64,000 nt of DNA from Camelus dromedarius (taxonomy: Eukaryota): the NCBI RefSeq assembly GCF_036321535.1, contig NC_087455.1, positions 558,001 through 622,000 on the forward strand, in the 5' to 3' direction. The notes under the pieces were generated by a model, which searched no databases, had not been told where the DNA came from, and saw only the letters and a list, made by a program, of their open reading frames with translations. Shown here in pieces: positions 62,348 through 64,000 of this stretch. The translations under genes and the position numbers were made by a program. Each line of letters begins with the position of its first letter. Position 1 is the stretch's first letter.

Positions 62348-63199
62348 CTTGGCCCTCTTCAGCGCAGCCCCCACTCCCGTCGGCCTCTGCGGCGCCAAGG
62401 GAGCTGAAACGTCGCGAGAGCCGGCAGCGTGGGACGGGGCGGGGTCGGTCCCTGTCAGGCCGTGCGCTGCCTCACCTCGCTTCCCCGGTCGTCATGGAAA
62501 CGGCGCCCGTTGCCGCGACAATGCCTGGCTACCCTGGTTTCCCAGGGCCGCCTCTGGTCTCCGCCGCCCCGCGGTGCTGCGCCCTAGCCGCGGACGCCCC
62601 CAACGGAATCCACCGCATCTTGGAAGCCATCGCACGCTTTCGTGCAGTAGTATTTCGAGACCTGGCGCGGCGGCGGGACACCTGCACTGCAACAATTTTC
62701 GTTGTCTAACCCGGTTTTCTGATGACCCCGGCAGGCCCCACTTGCAGAGCTGACTCAGCTTACCCACGGCTATTAGCCTATTCCCTGGGAATGTTTGTTG
62801 AAGGCAATTACAGGCAAGTGTAATTTCAAAGCTGCCGGAGGCAATGGATAACCGCTGGGGTAAATAATAGACTAATCAAAAAGCTTAAAAGGAAGAAATG
62901 GGAACCACAGTGTGCACAGGGGCGTTGAAAAGCCGGACCAGGTGTTTCTGAAATATATATGGTCACAAACTGAGCAGGACTGTGCACATGCTCATGAAAG
63001 ACCTGAAAAGCCCTAAGGGCTCGCTTCCGGAGGGAAATGAAGCCTAAAGCAGAGTTGTAAACCGTCTGGCTGAATTCTGAAAGCATGCCCCACATGCACA
63101 CAGAGCTACTTGGGAAAGACTGGGAGATGTCTTGCTTCCAAGCACTTAGGGAAATTTCTGTCCAGTCATTAACTGACCACTAAACTAACCAGGTAGAGA

Positions 63200-64000
63200 C
63201 TTCAGTGGCTACCCATGACAGATAAAAGACTTGACAGAATTAGTTCAGAAAAGGCACTACATAAATGTCACTACCACAGCAACAACAGCAACAAAAGATG
63301 GAGTCTGATTTCCAGAATTGCCACATTATATCGTTTAAAATGTCTAGTTCTCAGAAAAAAATTCTGGCCTATAAATAGGGAAATAAAAACCAATCAACAG
63401 GAAATATCCCTGGGGAAGCTTAGCAATTTAAATGTATTCAAAGAACTAAAGGAAAGTATGAGAATAGTATCTCATCAAATAGAGAATGTCAATTACAATA
63501 AATTATAAAAAGGAACCAAACAGAAATTATAGAGTTGAAATGTGCATAACGGAAATGAAAATTTTTACTGGAGGGGCTCTATTGCAGATTTGAGTAGGTA
63601 GAAGAAAGAATTAGCAAACTTGAAGTTAGATCAATTAAGATTGTCTGGTCTGCAGAACAGAAAGAAAAAAATTGGAGAAAAATTAACAGAGTCTCGGAGA
63701 CTTGTGGGACACCATTAAGCATACCAGGCTATATTAATTCTCAGGAGCAGAGGAGAAAGAAAAAGGAGCAGAAAGAATTTTTGAAGAAATTGTGACTGAA
63801 AACTTTCCAAAGTTGATGAAAAACATGGATCTACACATCCAGGAAGTTAAAGAACTCCAAGCAGAATAAAGTAAAAGAGATCCACACCTGGACACATCAT
63901 AAATTGTTGAAAACCAAAGAAAAAGAATCTTGAAAGCAGCAAGAGAGAATGTTGACTCTTCATATATAAGTGGTCCTCAATAAAATTAGCAGAAGATTTC
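63200..64000 (+). mobile_element. Old L1 (MC/MD-type) 5' region and ORF1, running off the right edge
   Basis: gaaagaattagcaaacttgaag..gacttgtgggacaccattaagcatacc..gactgaaaactttccaaagttgatgaaa..aatcttgaaagcagcaagagag are ORF1 hallmarks, with stops. Confidence 0.8.

Overview
Mammalian genomic DNA, very GC-rich and gene-dense, syntenic with human 8q24.3 in reverse orientation. A tRNA-derived SINE with a camelid-type tail suggests a camel, alpaca or llama. Gene order left to right: MROH1 (5' part, minus; 10 coding exons, continues off the left edge), a TSSK5 remnant (plus), HGH1 (minus, 406 aa), WDR97 (minus, 24 exons, ~1618 aa), MAF1 (minus, 256 aa), SHARPIN (plus, 409 aa, head-to-head with MAF1) and CYC1 (minus, 326 aa). 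I traced exon boundaries by hand; all are GT-AG with consistent phase. Gene identities rest on my recall of human, mouse and bovine proteins, not on a database search. The strongest novel observation is that TSSK5 is a dead gene here: it carries frameshifts, premature stops, a broken splice acceptor, and a deletion that removes the kinase catalytic core at a short microhomology. Other notable points: the WDR97 promoter (RFX-like X-box plus twin GC boxes) is squeezed directly behind the MAF1 poly(A) signal; the TSSK5 and HGH1 poly(A) signals form one near-palindrome; SHARPIN has an extra C-terminal exon; and the MAF1 leader contains uORFs. Introns and intergenic DNA hold L1, L2, MIR, MLT1, ERV solo LTRs and SINEs, plus three N-gaps. 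I found no prokaryotic-type features (CRISPR, operons) and no genuine tRNA or rRNA genes. I did not find a convincing wholly new biological system.
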